64,000 nt of DNA from an uncultured Planctomycetia bacterium (GTDB lineage: Bacteria; Omnitrophota; Gorgyraeia; 2-01-FULL-45-10; JAHFGN01): NCBI GenBank assembly GCA_964354545.1, contig CAYHAE010000002.1, forward strand, positions 3,847 through 67,846. The letters are read 5' to 3'. The translations under genes and the position numbers were made by a program. Below, piece after piece: positions 17,645 to 27,127 of the stretch (positions within the stretch are counted from its first letter, which is position 1; each line of letters opens with the position of its first letter). The notes beneath the pieces are model-generated. The model worked only from the letters and a program-made list of their open reading frames with translations, ran no database searches and was not told the origin of the DNA.

Positions 17645-19174
17645 ATGGAAACGATAGATACGAAGGAATATCAAAACGAGCTTTTCGAAAGGCTCCAGAA
17701 GAGCTTCAGCCTCAAGAGCGAGGAAGAGTGCATCGGCGTTTGCCTCGGGACCGCCGAGTGGTGGATGGTGCGCAGCCCCGATCCTAAGGCGAAAGCGCTC
17801 AGCCAGATAATCAGGGAGAACTGCGTTATCTCCCGTCGCTCCAAAGGGCGCCCTAAGAAGGGAACGGCGATCTGCCTGAACCCCGTGCGGCGTGCGGTGA
17901 AGGACGCGAAGTCCTCGAAGAAGCTCGAGACGTTCGTGTGCTCCATGGGCAGGCACGGGTTCATCTATCCGATCGTTCAGGGAGACGCGGTCTATGGCTA
18001 CATTGGGGCATGCTATACGAAAAAGGATATCAGTTCGCGCATCCTCGGCGTGTTCGCGGCGTTCACAGACACGGTGGTGAGAGAGGTCCAGAAGGAGCTG
18101 GAGCTCTCGAAGCTCTACGAGACGATACGGCCTCGGGCTATCGCGCTTTCTACGGTCCACACCGTCCACAGGCTCCTTACCTCCACGCTCGATCTCAATG
18201 AGCTCCTTCCCCGGATTGCGCGGCTCTCGCTCCAGGTGGTGAGGGCGAACCGCTGTTCGATAAAACTCTTGGATTCGAAGAGGAAGGTGCTGCTCCCCAA
18301 GACGACGGTCGACCTGCGGCAGCGGAAGGCGAAGCTGAAGAAGGTGAGGATAGGCATGTGGGCGCCTGGAAGGGCGGCAAAATTTTCGCGCCCGGTGAGA
18401 GGCATTGACTATCTCGCGATCCCTCTCATCGACGAGGACGTGATCGGGGTCATTACGGTGTACGACAAGATCGACGAGACGCCTTTCTCGTCGTTCGATC
18501 AGGAGATAATGACGACGCTCGCAGAGCAGGCGGTGATCGCCATAAAAAACGCCCAGCTCTATAAAGAGCAGGAAAAGCTTACCCTTGGAGGGATCAAGTC
18601 CCTTGCGATGGTGCTGAGCGCGCGCGCACAGGGGACCTTCGGACCGAGGGCATCTTTTTTGAAGATCATGAACCTGGTGGGCCTCGAGCTGCACCTCGAT
18701 TCCCAGGAGTCGAGGAACCTCGAGTATGCCGTCCTCCTGCACGATGCGGGCCAGATCGTGGTGCCGGATGAGGTGCTCACGAAACCGGAAAAGCTCACGG
18801 GCGAAGAGTATGAGCTCGTCAAGGAGCACCCTGTGAGGAGCGTGAATATCATCAAGCCCATCAAGGCGCTCAGGTTGGTCATACCCATCCTGCTCCACCA
18901 TCATGAGAATTACGACGGCACCGGATACCCCAAAGGGTTGAAAGGCAACCAGATACCTCTCGGGGCAAGGATAATGGCGGTGGTAGGCGCCTTTGAAGCG
19001 ATGATCACACGGAGGTCGTACAGGCCCTCCAAGACGCCTGACGAGGCGATAGAGGAGATAAGGGCACAGAGCGGCACGCAGTTTGACGCGAAAGTGGTGG
19101 AGGCGTTCCTCAGCGTAATCAAGAGGCGCGACATACGGGCAATGGTTGACAAGGAGTTGTATGAAACTCACTAG
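17645..19174 (+). CDS. PocR-like + GAF + degenerate HD-GYP protein
   Basis: FVCSMG PocR-like N-terminus, central GAF, LLHDAGQ, HHHENYDGTGYP, IMAVVGAFEAM. Confidence 0.8.
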   Translation: METIDTKEYQNELFERLQKSFSLKSEEECIGVCLGTAEWWMVRSPDPKAKALSQIIRENCVISRRSKGRPKKGTAICLNPVRRAVKDAKSSKKLETFVCSMGRHGFIYPIVQGDAVYGYIGACYTKKDISSRILGVFAAFTDTVVREVQKELELSKLYETIRPRAIALSTVHTVHRLLTSTLDLNELLPRIARLSLQVVRANRCSIKLLDSKRKVLLPKTTVDLRQRKAKLKKVRIGMWAPGRAAKFSRPVRGIDYLAIPLIDEDVIGVITVYDKIDETPFSSFDQEIMTTLAEQAVIAIKNAQLYKEQEKLTLGGIKSLAMVLSARAQGTFGPRASFLKIMNLVGLELHLDSQESRNLEYAVLLHDAGQIVVPDEVLTKPEKLTGEEYELVKEHPVRSVNIIKPIKALRLVIPILLHHHENYDGTGYPKGLKGNQIPLGARIMAVVGAFEAMITRRSYRPSKTPDEAIEEIRAQSGTQFDAKVVEAFLSVIKRRDIRAMVDKELYETH

Positions 19175-19427
19175 CGCCATGGCGTCCGAGATACATCGAA
19201 AGATAATCCTCTTCTTCGATGAGAACCAGTCGTCCATCGATACGCCGCGCGGTGTCGCCACGTGGGTGAGGGAAGACCGCTCTCGCGTGAAGAAGGCGCT
19301 CGAGGACCTTGTCGCGCTCAAGGTGCTGGTCGCGTATCGGGTCTCGTCGACCACAGGCTACGGCTATACGAGTGACAAGAAACTCATTTCAAAGATCGAA
19401 AAGCTCCTTAAGAAGGTCAAGAGATAA
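19161..19427 (+). CDS. small hypothetical protein, winged-helix-like
   Basis: AAGGAG RBS, overlaps the HD-GYP stop; helix pattern TPRGVATWV..RSRVKKALEDLV followed by a beta-hairpin-like segment. Confidence 0.65.
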   Translation: MKLTSAMASEIHRKIILFFDENQSSIDTPRGVATWVREDRSRVKKALEDLVALKVLVAYRVSSTTGYGYTSDKKLISKIEKLLKKVKR

Positions 19428-19497
19428 CCCTTCACCCATGTCGCCTCGCGTTCGGGTTCGCGCGCGAGGGGCTCCATCGCTACATCCGACACGATAC

Positions 19498-22400
19498 ATG
19501 CAGAAGACGCCTCAGAAAATCCTGCGCAGCGTGCGCAGCGCGCCCTACGCGGAGCTCAATCCGAAACAGAGAGAGGCTGTCGATACCATAGACGGCCCCG
19601 TGCTTGTCCTCGCGGGTCCCGGGACGGGCAAGACGCAGCTTTTGTCGATCCGCGCATCGAATATACTCTCAAAGAAGAGCGGGATCAGGCCCGAAAACAT
19701 CCTCATCGTCACCTATACTAACTCCGCGGCAAAGGCGATGAAGGAGAGGCTCGTAAAGGTGATCGGCCTTAAGGGGTACGACCTTGACGTGGGGACGTTT
19801 CACAGCTTCGCGAACTCCATCATCCAGGAGTCGGAGGATGCCGCCCATTACGTCGGAGACCGTATCCAGATGACGGAGATAGAACAGGTGAAGGCGATCG
19901 TGTACATTCTGGACCGCGCGAAGGGGATCTCGGAGATAAGGCCCTTTCGCGCCCCCTATGTCTACCTCAAAGACATCACGCAGAGGATCGGCGAGCTGAA
20001 GAAGGACGGGATCAGCCCTGAGCGGTTCCTCGACTATGTGAACTCTCTCGATCCCGTCCGGGAGGCCGTCGAGCCGAAGTATGCCGCGCGGATGAAGGCG
20101 TTCGGCGTCGTCTACAAGATGTACGAGGAGATAAAGGAGGGGAAGGATCCGAACATATTCGATGAGCGCGGGAGGTATGATTTTGATGATATGATCCTGC
20201 TCGCGACAGAGGCGCTCAAGAAGGAGACGCGCCTCGCAGACGAGTACCGGCAGCGCTACAGATATGTCATGGTAGACGAATACCAGGATACCAACGAGGC
20301 GCAGCTCGAACTGCTCTTTACGCTCCTCGATTACCGGGAGCCCAACCTCTGCTGCGTCGGAGACGATGACCAGTCTATCTACCGGTTTCAGGGCGCGAGC
20401 GTCGGGAACTTCACGGTCCTCAAGGAGACCTTCCCGTCGACCAAGGTGATTACGCTGTACGACAACTACCGCTCAACGAGGAAGATCATCGACTTCGCAT
20501 CGAGCGTCATACGGACGATACCGAGGGATGCGAGGGTCGAAGAGAAGATGCTGGTATCCACGAGAGAGGGCGCGGATACGAAGATCGAGTTCAGGGAATT
20601 CACGACAGTGACGGAAGAGCTGCTCTTCATCGTTGAGAGAGTGAGGCAGCTCAAGGCCGAGATAGAACGAACGGAAGAGCTCGATCTGACCTCGCGGCGG
20701 CACCCGTATAACGCCATTGCAGTACTTGTGCGGAAACGGAGAGATATCGTGAAGGTGATCGACGCCTTCCTCCAGGCGGGGATCCCCTATGCAACGGACG
20801 GAAAAGAAGACGTGAGCGGAGAGAAGAGGGTGAGGCAGCTTTTGGACGTGCTCGAGCTCGCCGAGCTCCACTCGCGCAATGCAGGCGAGAAGGATTTCGC
20901 CCTCTACAAGGTCCTCTCCTCCGACTATTTCGGGATCCCCCTGCCGGACATCCTGAGGCTCGTCCGGCACGCCCGTTCAAAGAGTCGTTCGCACGATGAC
21001 GGAGGGTCGCGCGACGCGAGCCTCGTAGAACACTTCCTCCGCTCGTTCCCATTCACGCGAGATGAGCTCGCCGCCCGGCATTTTTCCGTAAAGGAAGATC
21101 ATGAGCGGTTTCCCGTACTCCGGGAGCTCGGGCTGGGATCTTCCCCGAAGATGGTCCGCGCCGCGTGGGTGATCGCGAGACTCCTCAGTGATGCACATGC
21201 GAAACCGGTCCACGCCATCCTCATAGGGTTTGTACACGATGCGGGGATATTCACGTTCATCCTCGAGGAATACGCATCGAAGCAGATCCTGAGGTTGAGA
21301 GACCTCCGCAGCCTCGGGGCGTTCATCAATATGGTGAAGTCCGCCGATACTACCCGGCCAGGCGTGCGGTTGCATGAGTTCATGGCCGATCTGAAAATGG
21401 CCCGCGAAAACGGTCTCCCGGTCCAAGGGGCGCTCGTGACGATGACGCAGGACGGGGTGAGGATATTTACCGCGCACGGTTCCAAGGGGCAGGAGTTTCA
21501 TACCGTCTTCATTCCGTTCTGCCTGCAGAATAAGAACTGGCCGACGAGGCCGAGGCCGGAGAAGATACCTCTCCCCCCGGGGTTATTCAAAACGCGCGGG
21601 AAGAAGCTCGAGAAGGCATCTTTAAAGCAGCTCTATCTTCAAGACGAGGCGAGGCTCTTTTACGTCGCTTCAACGCGGGCGCGGTCACATCTCGTCTTTT
21701 CGTCGAGCCCGCAGGAGGACGAGGTCTCCAGCTACTACCTGAAGGAGCTGGGGCAGACAGCCGAGCGCGAGAGCGCGATACCGTGGACGGAGGAGCAGCT
21801 CCTGGGAAAGTCCCTCCTTTCGGAAAGCGATTCCAGCGACCCGTGCGCGGACAGCGAGGGGGTCTTGCGCGATATGGTGAGGGACTTCACCCTCAACCCG
21901 ACCTCGCTCAACAACTATCTCTACTGCGCGCGGCGGTTTCTCTACGACAATGTCCTGAGGCTCCCGGGACCGAAGAAACAGAGCCTCGTCTTCGGGACCT
22001 GCGTCCACAAGGCGCTCGAGGAGACGTATCGCTACTACAAGGAGCGCGACAGTTTCCCGACGTTCGATTTTTTTGAAGCCGTCTTTAAGAACGAGCTCAG
22101 GTTCCAAGGTCCGGAGACGGCGATAGAGTTGCGGTGTACCGACCAGCTCTTCGCGCTGAAGGGCTGGTTCGAGCAAGCCGCGCGAAATCCCGTGAAGCCC
22201 GTCGAGCTGGAAAGGAAGATACTGGTGACGATAGGGGACGGGATCGTCTTCACGGGAAAATTCGATAAGGTCGAAGTGGAGGACGAAGAGCGTAAGATCG
22301 TGAAGATCGTGGATTATAAAACAGGAAAGCCGGATGCGCATGTGAAGGCCATTGATGAGTGCGACGACCTCGCGAGCGACGCGTGTGACGGATACGTCCG

Positions 22401-22701
22401 GCAGCTCGTTGCGTATAAGCTCCTCTTTGAAAGGGACAGGAGGCTTTCGAAATTGTACAAGGTCGGCTATGGTGAGCTTGTATTCATCGAACCCCTCGCG
22501 GGACCGGTCACCGCACTGGGCCTCAAGAAAGGGGATTTCGTATCCAGGAAACTCGAGATCCGGGACGACATGGTGAAGGCCCTCGAGGGCCTTATCAAAG
22601 AGGTGTGGGCGGACGTCTCATCGCTTGAATTCGACAAGCTCCCGGAAAGGGACACGGGAAAGTGCGGCCGCTGTGACTATGATGGGATATGCTGGGGATG
22701 A
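19498..22701 (+). CDS. UvrD/SF1 helicase fused to a C-terminal PD-(D/E)XK nuclease (AddA/AdnB-like)
   Basis: LAGPGTGKT, VDEYQD, VGDDDQSIYRFQGA, TAHGSKGQEF, RLFYVASTRA; GKFDKV...VDYKTG; Cys in YLYC and CGRCDYDGIC. Confidence 0.88.
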   Translation: MQKTPQKILRSVRSAPYAELNPKQREAVDTIDGPVLVLAGPGTGKTQLLSIRASNILSKKSGIRPENILIVTYTNSAAKAMKERLVKVIGLKGYDLDVGTFHSFANSIIQESEDAAHYVGDRIQMTEIEQVKAIVYILDRAKGISEIRPFRAPYVYLKDITQRIGELKKDGISPERFLDYVNSLDPVREAVEPKYAARMKAFGVVYKMYEEIKEGKDPNIFDERGRYDFDDMILLATEALKKETRLADEYRQRYRYVMVDEYQDTNEAQLELLFTLLDYREPNLCCVGDDDQSIYRFQGASVGNFTVLKETFPSTKVITLYDNYRSTRKIIDFASSVIRTIPRDARVEEKMLVSTREGADTKIEFREFTTVTEELLFIVERVRQLKAEIERTEELDLTSRRHPYNAIAVLVRKRRDIVKVIDAFLQAGIPYATDGKEDVSGEKRVRQLLDVLELAELHSRNAGEKDFALYKVLSSDYFGIPLPDILRLVRHARSKSRSHDDGGSRDASLVEHFLRSFPFTRDELAARHFSVKEDHERFPVLRELGLGSSPKMVRAAWVIARLLSDAHAKPVHAILIGFVHDAGIFTFILEEYASKQILRLRDLRSLGAFINMVKSADTTRPGVRLHEFMADLKMARENGLPVQGALVTMTQDGVRIFTAHGSKGQEFHTVFIPFCLQNKNWPTRPRPEKIPLPPGLFKTRGKKLEKASLKQLYLQDEARLFYVASTRARSHLVFSSSPQEDEVSSYYLKELGQTAERESAIPWTEEQLLGKSLLSESDSSDPCADSEGVLRDMVRDFTLNPTSLNNYLYCARRFLYDNVLRLPGPKKQSLVFGTCVHKALEETYRYYKERDSFPTFDFFEAVFKNELRFQGPETAIELRCTDQLFALKGWFEQAARNPVKPVELERKILVTIGDGIVFTGKFDKVEVEDEERKIVKIVDYKTGKPDAHVKAIDECDDLASDACDGYVRQLVAYKLLFERDRRLSKLYKVGYGELVFIEPLAGPVTALGLKKGDFVSRKLEIRDDMVKALEGLIKEVWADVSSLEFDKLPERDTGKCGRCDYDGICWG

Positions 22702-23492
22702 CCGAACACTCAAAGGGCTACGACGCGTGTGAAAAGGGCCAGGGTCCATCGGCCGGTGCGCGGCGAACATCGCGAGCGCCGCGCCAGGCTCCCCGAAGGC
22801 GGAGGCCCATGCTTTCGATTGTCATCGTGTGCATCGTGGGTATGGCCTTGGTCATCAGCTTCTTTATCGCATTCGACAGGATCGTTGCGGCCATCGTGTC
22901 GCGCTATAGCGGCTTAAGGATGACGTATTCACGGCTCTCTCCCGACCGGACGGGGAAGATCATCGTGCGCGGCCTTGAGCTTACCGAGCCGAAGAGCGGG
23001 CTGGCTTTACACGCGGAGAAAGGCGTACTGAAACCGCGCATGGAATTCGGGCCGGGGACAAGGTTTGGGATATCGTTCACCCTGGAGGGCGCGCATTTTA
23101 ATAAGCACGAGAAGGGCCCTCGCGCGGGATACAGCACCTTCTCCGACCTCGCCGTGATCCCATTTCAGCACGCGTGGAACTATTCCGTAATATCGGGAGA
23201 CATCGTCTTTGACGGGAAGACGATCGAGGTAAGGAATTTCAAAGCGCAGAGTGCCGATATACGGCTGGACATCAAAGGGTCCCTCTCGGCCGAATCGAAG
23301 ATCGATGCGACGATAAAGGTCTCGTTCTCCGGAGATGCGGGCCGTCAAATTCCGGAAGAGATCGCCGTACCTGTCCTTCAAGATGAGGGTGACGGGTGGA
23401 AATACCTCACGGTGCGAGTGCAAGGCGATTACAGGGCGCCCGCGGTTCAAATTTCCAGCAAACTGTTCCGTTTGGATATATCGAACAAGTAG
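22698..23492 (+). CDS. hypothetical membrane-anchored protein (AsmA/GspN-like beta-rich)
   Basis: N-terminal TM segment then beta-rich region; start uncertain. Confidence 0.55.
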   Translation: MTEHSKGYDACEKGQGPSAGARRTSRAPRQAPRRRRPMLSIVIVCIVGMALVISFFIAFDRIVAAIVSRYSGLRMTYSRLSPDRTGKIIVRGLELTEPKSGLALHAEKGVLKPRMEFGPGTRFGISFTLEGAHFNKHEKGPRAGYSTFSDLAVIPFQHAWNYSVISGDIVFDGKTIEVRNFKAQSADIRLDIKGSLSAESKIDATIKVSFSGDAGRQIPEEIAVPVLQDEGDGWKYLTVRVQGDYRAPAVQISSKLFRLDISNK

Positions 23493-23588
23493 TAGAGGAC
23501 AGGCAGCTGCCTTACCGGCTTCCTTCGCACGCAGGATACAGTATCGCGCGTTTCCTCCGCCGCACCCGATATGTCCGGAAGTTTGGAA

Positions 23589-23616
23589 TTGATTTTAAGT
23601 CGAGAGGTGTTATAAT
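23589..23616 (+). promoter_or_regulatory. sigma70-type promoter
   Basis: TTGATT-16-TATAAT with TG extension. Confidence 0.55.
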
Positions 23617-23622
23617 ACTAAT

Positions 23623-23790
23623 TTATCCGCCTTTGCGCGGTGATGTGCAATCGCCGGTATGTGTTCCTGCGGATGCCGTCTGGAAGCGGCGGACCGCGTA
23701 GAGCCGGATACCCGCCGAAGAAAACTTTCGCAGAATCACATCTTTGGCGAAGGCGGGCACATAACGGTACCACAGGCATTCACGCGGGTT
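23623..23790. repeat. composite palindromic repeat element, copy A
   Basis: Shares ordered blocks TTATCCGCCT, CTGCGGATG, CGGATA-CCCGCCGAAG and TCTTTGGCGAAGGCGGG with 40631-40919. Confidence 0.7.
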
Positions 23791-23816
23791 CCGTCCACAC
23801 AGACGTGGAGTATCGC

Positions 23817-24371
23817 ATGAAAGATCAAGAGGTTCAAAAGGAACTTTTCAAGGAGTTTGGAGACGAAGGAAAGCGTGCAAGGTCACCGCACGGTCACTTG
23901 ATGAGGGCGATGTCCGTTGCGATCTCGCTCGATAGGCTTGTCTTTATCGGGATAGGGTCTTTGATGGCGCTCGTCCTCATCTATGCGCTCGGGGTTGAGC
24001 GGGGCAAGGCCGCTGCGAGGGCGGAGGTCAAGAAGGCTGTGCTTACGAAAGTGCATGCGAAGGCGCAGCCCGCGAAGCCGCGGGTGAGGGGCTCGGACGC
24101 CGGGGTGGAGGAGCCCCGCGCAAAGAAGGCTCCCGTTCTCTCTCAAGAGGGCATGCCCTACACCGTACTCGCCGCCACGTTCAGGCAGAGGGTTCTTGCG
24201 TCGCAAGAGGCGGTCAAGCTCAAGGACGAGGGCTACAACGCGTTCCTCGTTGAGGCGGGCGACTATCTGGAGCTCTGCGTGGGAAGATTTGCGGCCCTTG
24301 AAGATGCGGCACGGCTTCAGAAGAATTTGTCTACCCGATATAAGAAGTGTTACATAAAAAAGCTTCAATAG
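23817..24371 (+). CDS. SPOR-domain membrane protein
   Basis: TM segment, then YTVLAATF...LKDEGYNAF...VGRF SPOR pattern. Confidence 0.75.
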   Translation: MKDQEVQKELFKEFGDEGKRARSPHGHLMRAMSVAISLDRLVFIGIGSLMALVLIYALGVERGKAAARAEVKKAVLTKVHAKAQPAKPRVRGSDAGVEEPRAKKAPVLSQEGMPYTVLAATFRQRVLASQEAVKLKDEGYNAFLVEAGDYLELCVGRFAALEDAARLQKNLSTRYKKCYIKKLQ

Positions 24372-24386
24372 AGCGAGGAGGAGGGT

Positions 24387-24680
24387 ATGTCACAGCATCC
24401 AAGTTTGCGTTCATCCGAAAAGATGAAACAGCACAGGTCCGTGATGAAGAGATATGAGAGGCTCCGCGTGCTCAAGGATACGGGCGTGTGGGATGAGGAC
24501 AGCTCTGTCTTCAAGCTGCCCAAGGTGAAGATCATACGGTTCAAGATCAAGAAGGAGAAGGCCGCGGAGGTCGAGGCCGCAGCCCCAGGCGCCGAAGGCG
24601 CCCCGGCAGCAGCTGCGCCTGCCAAAGAGCAGCCCGAGTCGAAAAAGCCTGAAGCCAAAGAGGCAAAGCCAAAGAAGTAG
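24387..24680 (+). CDS. PVC-superphylum small basic protein (TIGR04137-like)
   Basis: MSQHPSL...HRSVMKRYERL..L...G.W....SVFKLPKVK signature. Confidence 0.85.
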   Translation: MSQHPSLRSSEKMKQHRSVMKRYERLRVLKDTGVWDEDSSVFKLPKVKIIRFKIKKEKAAEVEAAAPGAEGAPAAAAPAKEQPESKKPEAKEAKPKK

Positions 24681-24759
24681 TGCAGCGCACGTAGTGCACG
24701 CGTTCGACAGGAAGGGCATCTGCGACGAATCCCGCGAAAGACAGGAAGAGAGGACGGCG

Positions 24760-25086
24760 ATGGATACGATTACGTTCGAAGAGTTCAAAAAGATGGACCT
24801 GAGGATCGCCCTTGTGAAAAAGGCCGAGCCCCACCCTCACGCGGATAAGCTCTATGTGCTCACCATTGATGTCGGCGGCGAAGAGAAGACGATCGTCGCA
24901 GGCATAAAAAATTACTATGCGCCCGAGGAGTTGGCGGGCAGGAGGATCGTCGTCGTCAATAACCTCGCTCCCACTCTGATACGGGGGGTCGCGTCCAACG
25001 GCATGCTCCTTGCAACAAAGGATGCAAAGACGCTTTCATTGCTCACGACGGACAGGGGCGTGGAGATAGGAAGCATCGTCTCATGA
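24760..25086 (+). CDS. tRNA-binding OB-fold protein (Trbp111/MetG C-terminal type)
   Basis: ITFEEFKKMDLRI, HPHADKL, IVAGI, VNNLAP, SNGMLLA. Confidence 0.88.
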   Translation: MDTITFEEFKKMDLRIALVKKAEPHPHADKLYVLTIDVGGEEKTIVAGIKNYYAPEELAGRRIVVVNNLAPTLIRGVASNGMLLATKDAKTLSLLTTDRGVEIGSIVS

Positions 25087-26189
25087 GGCAGGGAAAGGAA
25101 ATAAAGCTTCGCCTCGCCGGCAGGTCATACACGATAACCATCTCCCGCAATCTTATGGGCAGGCTGGGATGGTTCCTAAAGAGACTCGACCTCGGGTCGG
25201 ACTTTATTGTCATTACCACTCCGCGCCTCGCCGCCCTCTACAGGACCTCGCTCCAGAAGTCGCTTGCCAAAGAAGGCCTCTCGTTTCGCGTCGAGCTTAT
25301 CCCTGACAGCGAAAGGGCAAAGTCAGAAAGGGTCGTTGCCAGGGCGATCGAGAGCATCAGCTCTTTTGACAGGGGCCGGTCCGCGCCGATCGTCGCATTC
25401 GGAGGAGGGGTCGCCGGCGACGTCGCAGGGTTCATAGCCGCTATTTACAAAAGGGGGATACCGTACGTGCAGGTGCCCACGACCCTCCTTGCGCAGGTGG
25501 ATTCAGCCATTGGCGGCAAGGTCGCGATAGACCTTCCCGTTGCAAAGAACCTCGTGGGCGCATTCTATCAGCCGCGCGCGGTCCTCTCCGACATATCGGT
25601 GCTGAAAAGCCTTCCTGCCCGGCAGGTGAGGAGCGGTCTCGCAGAGGTGATAAAATATGCCGTGATCAAGGACAAAGATTTCTTTGTCTACCTCGAGAAG
25701 AACCTCGAGAGAGCGATCGGGCTCGATGAGGACGTGCTCGAACAGATCGTGGCGAGGTGCAGCGCGATAAAGGCCGGGATCGTGGAGAGGGACGAGTGTG
25801 ACAAAAAGGGGATACGGATGGTCCTGAACTACGGCCATACTATCGGCCATGCGATCGAGGCAGCCTCGGGGTATTCGAAGCGATACAGCCATGGTGAGGC
25901 GATCGCAATAGGGATGGTCGCTGCGAACAGGATCGCCGCGCATATGGGCATGCTCCGCGAGGCGGAACGTGCCCGGATAGAGGAGCTGATCCGGCGTGCG
26001 GGACTTCCGGAGAAGACGGAGGGGCTCAGCATGAAGAAGGTATTCGAGGCGCATCTCCATGACAAGAAGTTTTCAGCGAAGACGAACAGGTTCGTCCTGC
26101 CGATGAGGATAGGGAAAGTAAAAATAGTGGCAGGAGTAGAGGAGCGCCTCGTTGTGCAGGCCCTGAGAGGGTGCGCCGCTTCGCACTGA
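25083..26189 (+). CDS. aroB: 3-dehydroquinate synthase
   Basis: GGGVAGDVAGF, VPTTLLAQVDSAIGGK, LNYGHTIGHAIE, HGEAI. Confidence 0.95.
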   Translation: MRQGKEIKLRLAGRSYTITISRNLMGRLGWFLKRLDLGSDFIVITTPRLAALYRTSLQKSLAKEGLSFRVELIPDSERAKSERVVARAIESISSFDRGRSAPIVAFGGGVAGDVAGFIAAIYKRGIPYVQVPTTLLAQVDSAIGGKVAIDLPVAKNLVGAFYQPRAVLSDISVLKSLPARQVRSGLAEVIKYAVIKDKDFFVYLEKNLERAIGLDEDVLEQIVARCSAIKAGIVERDECDKKGIRMVLNYGHTIGHAIEAASGYSKRYSHGEAIAIGMVAANRIAAHMGMLREAERARIEELIRRAGLPEKTEGLSMKKVFEAHLHDKKFSAKTNRFVLPMRIGKVKIVAGVEERLVVQALRGCAASH

Positions 26190-26246
26190 TCCCGCTACCA
26201 GAGTTCCGCGGGCTGCGCAGGGCTCCAGAAACAGAGAAAGGCGCCG

Positions 26247-26642
26247 GTGAAAAAGATAGAAATCGCGACGAGGTCAAGGGTCGAGATGGTTGACATCACG
26301 CCGAAGGTGCGGGAGGTCGTGCGGGAGTCGAAGGTAAAGGAGGGGATCTGTCACCTATGTGTTCCCCATACGACCGCGGGCATCACCATCAATGAAAATG
26401 CCGACCCGAGCGTGAGATCCGACATCGTCCGCCATCTTGGTAAGTTCGTGCCGTTCAACGACGGTTACGAACACGCCGAAGGCAATGCGGCGGCCCACAT
26501 CAAATCCACCATCGTGGGGACTACCACGACCGTGTTCATAGAAGACGGCGACCTCGTCTTCGGGACATGGCAGGGCATCTACTTTTGCGAGTTTGACGGC
26601 CCCAGGCGCAGGAACGTATTGGTAAAGATAATGGCGAGGTGA
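26247..26642 (+). CDS. yjbQ: YjbQ family protein
   Basis: [39 protein letters not shown]. Confidence 0.9.
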   Translation: MKKIEIATRSRVEMVDITPKVREVVRESKVKEGICHLCVPHTTAGITINENADPSVRSDIVRHLGKFVPFNDGYEHAEGNAAAHIKSTIVGTTTTVFIEDGDLVFGTWQGIYFCEFDGPRRRNVLVKIMAR

Positions 26643-26644
26643 CC

Positions 26645-27106
26645 ATGGAATATGCAATAAGGACATTTGATATGCGGGACGGCGAAGGGGTGAAGGAGCT
26701 CATCCTATCGATCCTCACGAACGAATATCCGTTCGACAGATCGGTGTATTCGGACAGCGACCTTGAAAAGATAAGCGAGGTATACGGCGGACCAAAGGAC
26801 TCGTTCTTCGTGAGCGAAGGAGACGGTGCGATCATCGGCACTGTGGGGGTGAAAGAGGAAGAGGCTGATTCGGCCCTCCTGCGGAGGTTTTTCGTGACCT
26901 CCGCCCACAGGAAGCAGGGCATAGGGTCCAAGCTCCTCGAGAAGGCGCTCGATTTCTGCAGGTCGAAGGGCTACGCGAAGGTCATATTCAGGTGCACGGA
27001 CAGGATGCGGGATGCGATGAGCCTGTGCAAGAAGAAGGGTTTCAAGGTCGTTGAATCCCTCGATGTGGGAGGGTTCAAGATCCATAAGTTAGTGCTCACG
27101 CTTTAG
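26645..27106 (+). CDS. GNAT N-acetyltransferase
   Basis: LRRFFV...HRKQGIGSKLL motif A. Confidence 0.85.
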   Translation: MEYAIRTFDMRDGEGVKELILSILTNEYPFDRSVYSDSDLEKISEVYGGPKDSFFVSEGDGAIIGTVGVKEEEADSALLRRFFVTSAHRKQGIGSKLLEKALDFCRSKGYAKVIFRCTDRMRDAMSLCKKKGFKVVESLDVGGFKIHKLVLTL

Positions 27107-27127
27107 CGAGGAGCCGTAGCCTACTCC

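Noticed and set aside
17039-19354. 771-aa minus-strand ORF and many other long antisense ORFs (e.g. 575-1333, 13051-13953, 62606-63577)
   Set aside because: They shadow well-supported plus-strand genes and show no motifs; expected from codon bias in GC-rich DNA
21890-22701. Cas4-like Cys pattern suggesting CRISPR-Cas
   Set aside because: The domain is fused to a UvrD helicase; no cas genes or repeat-spacer array were seen
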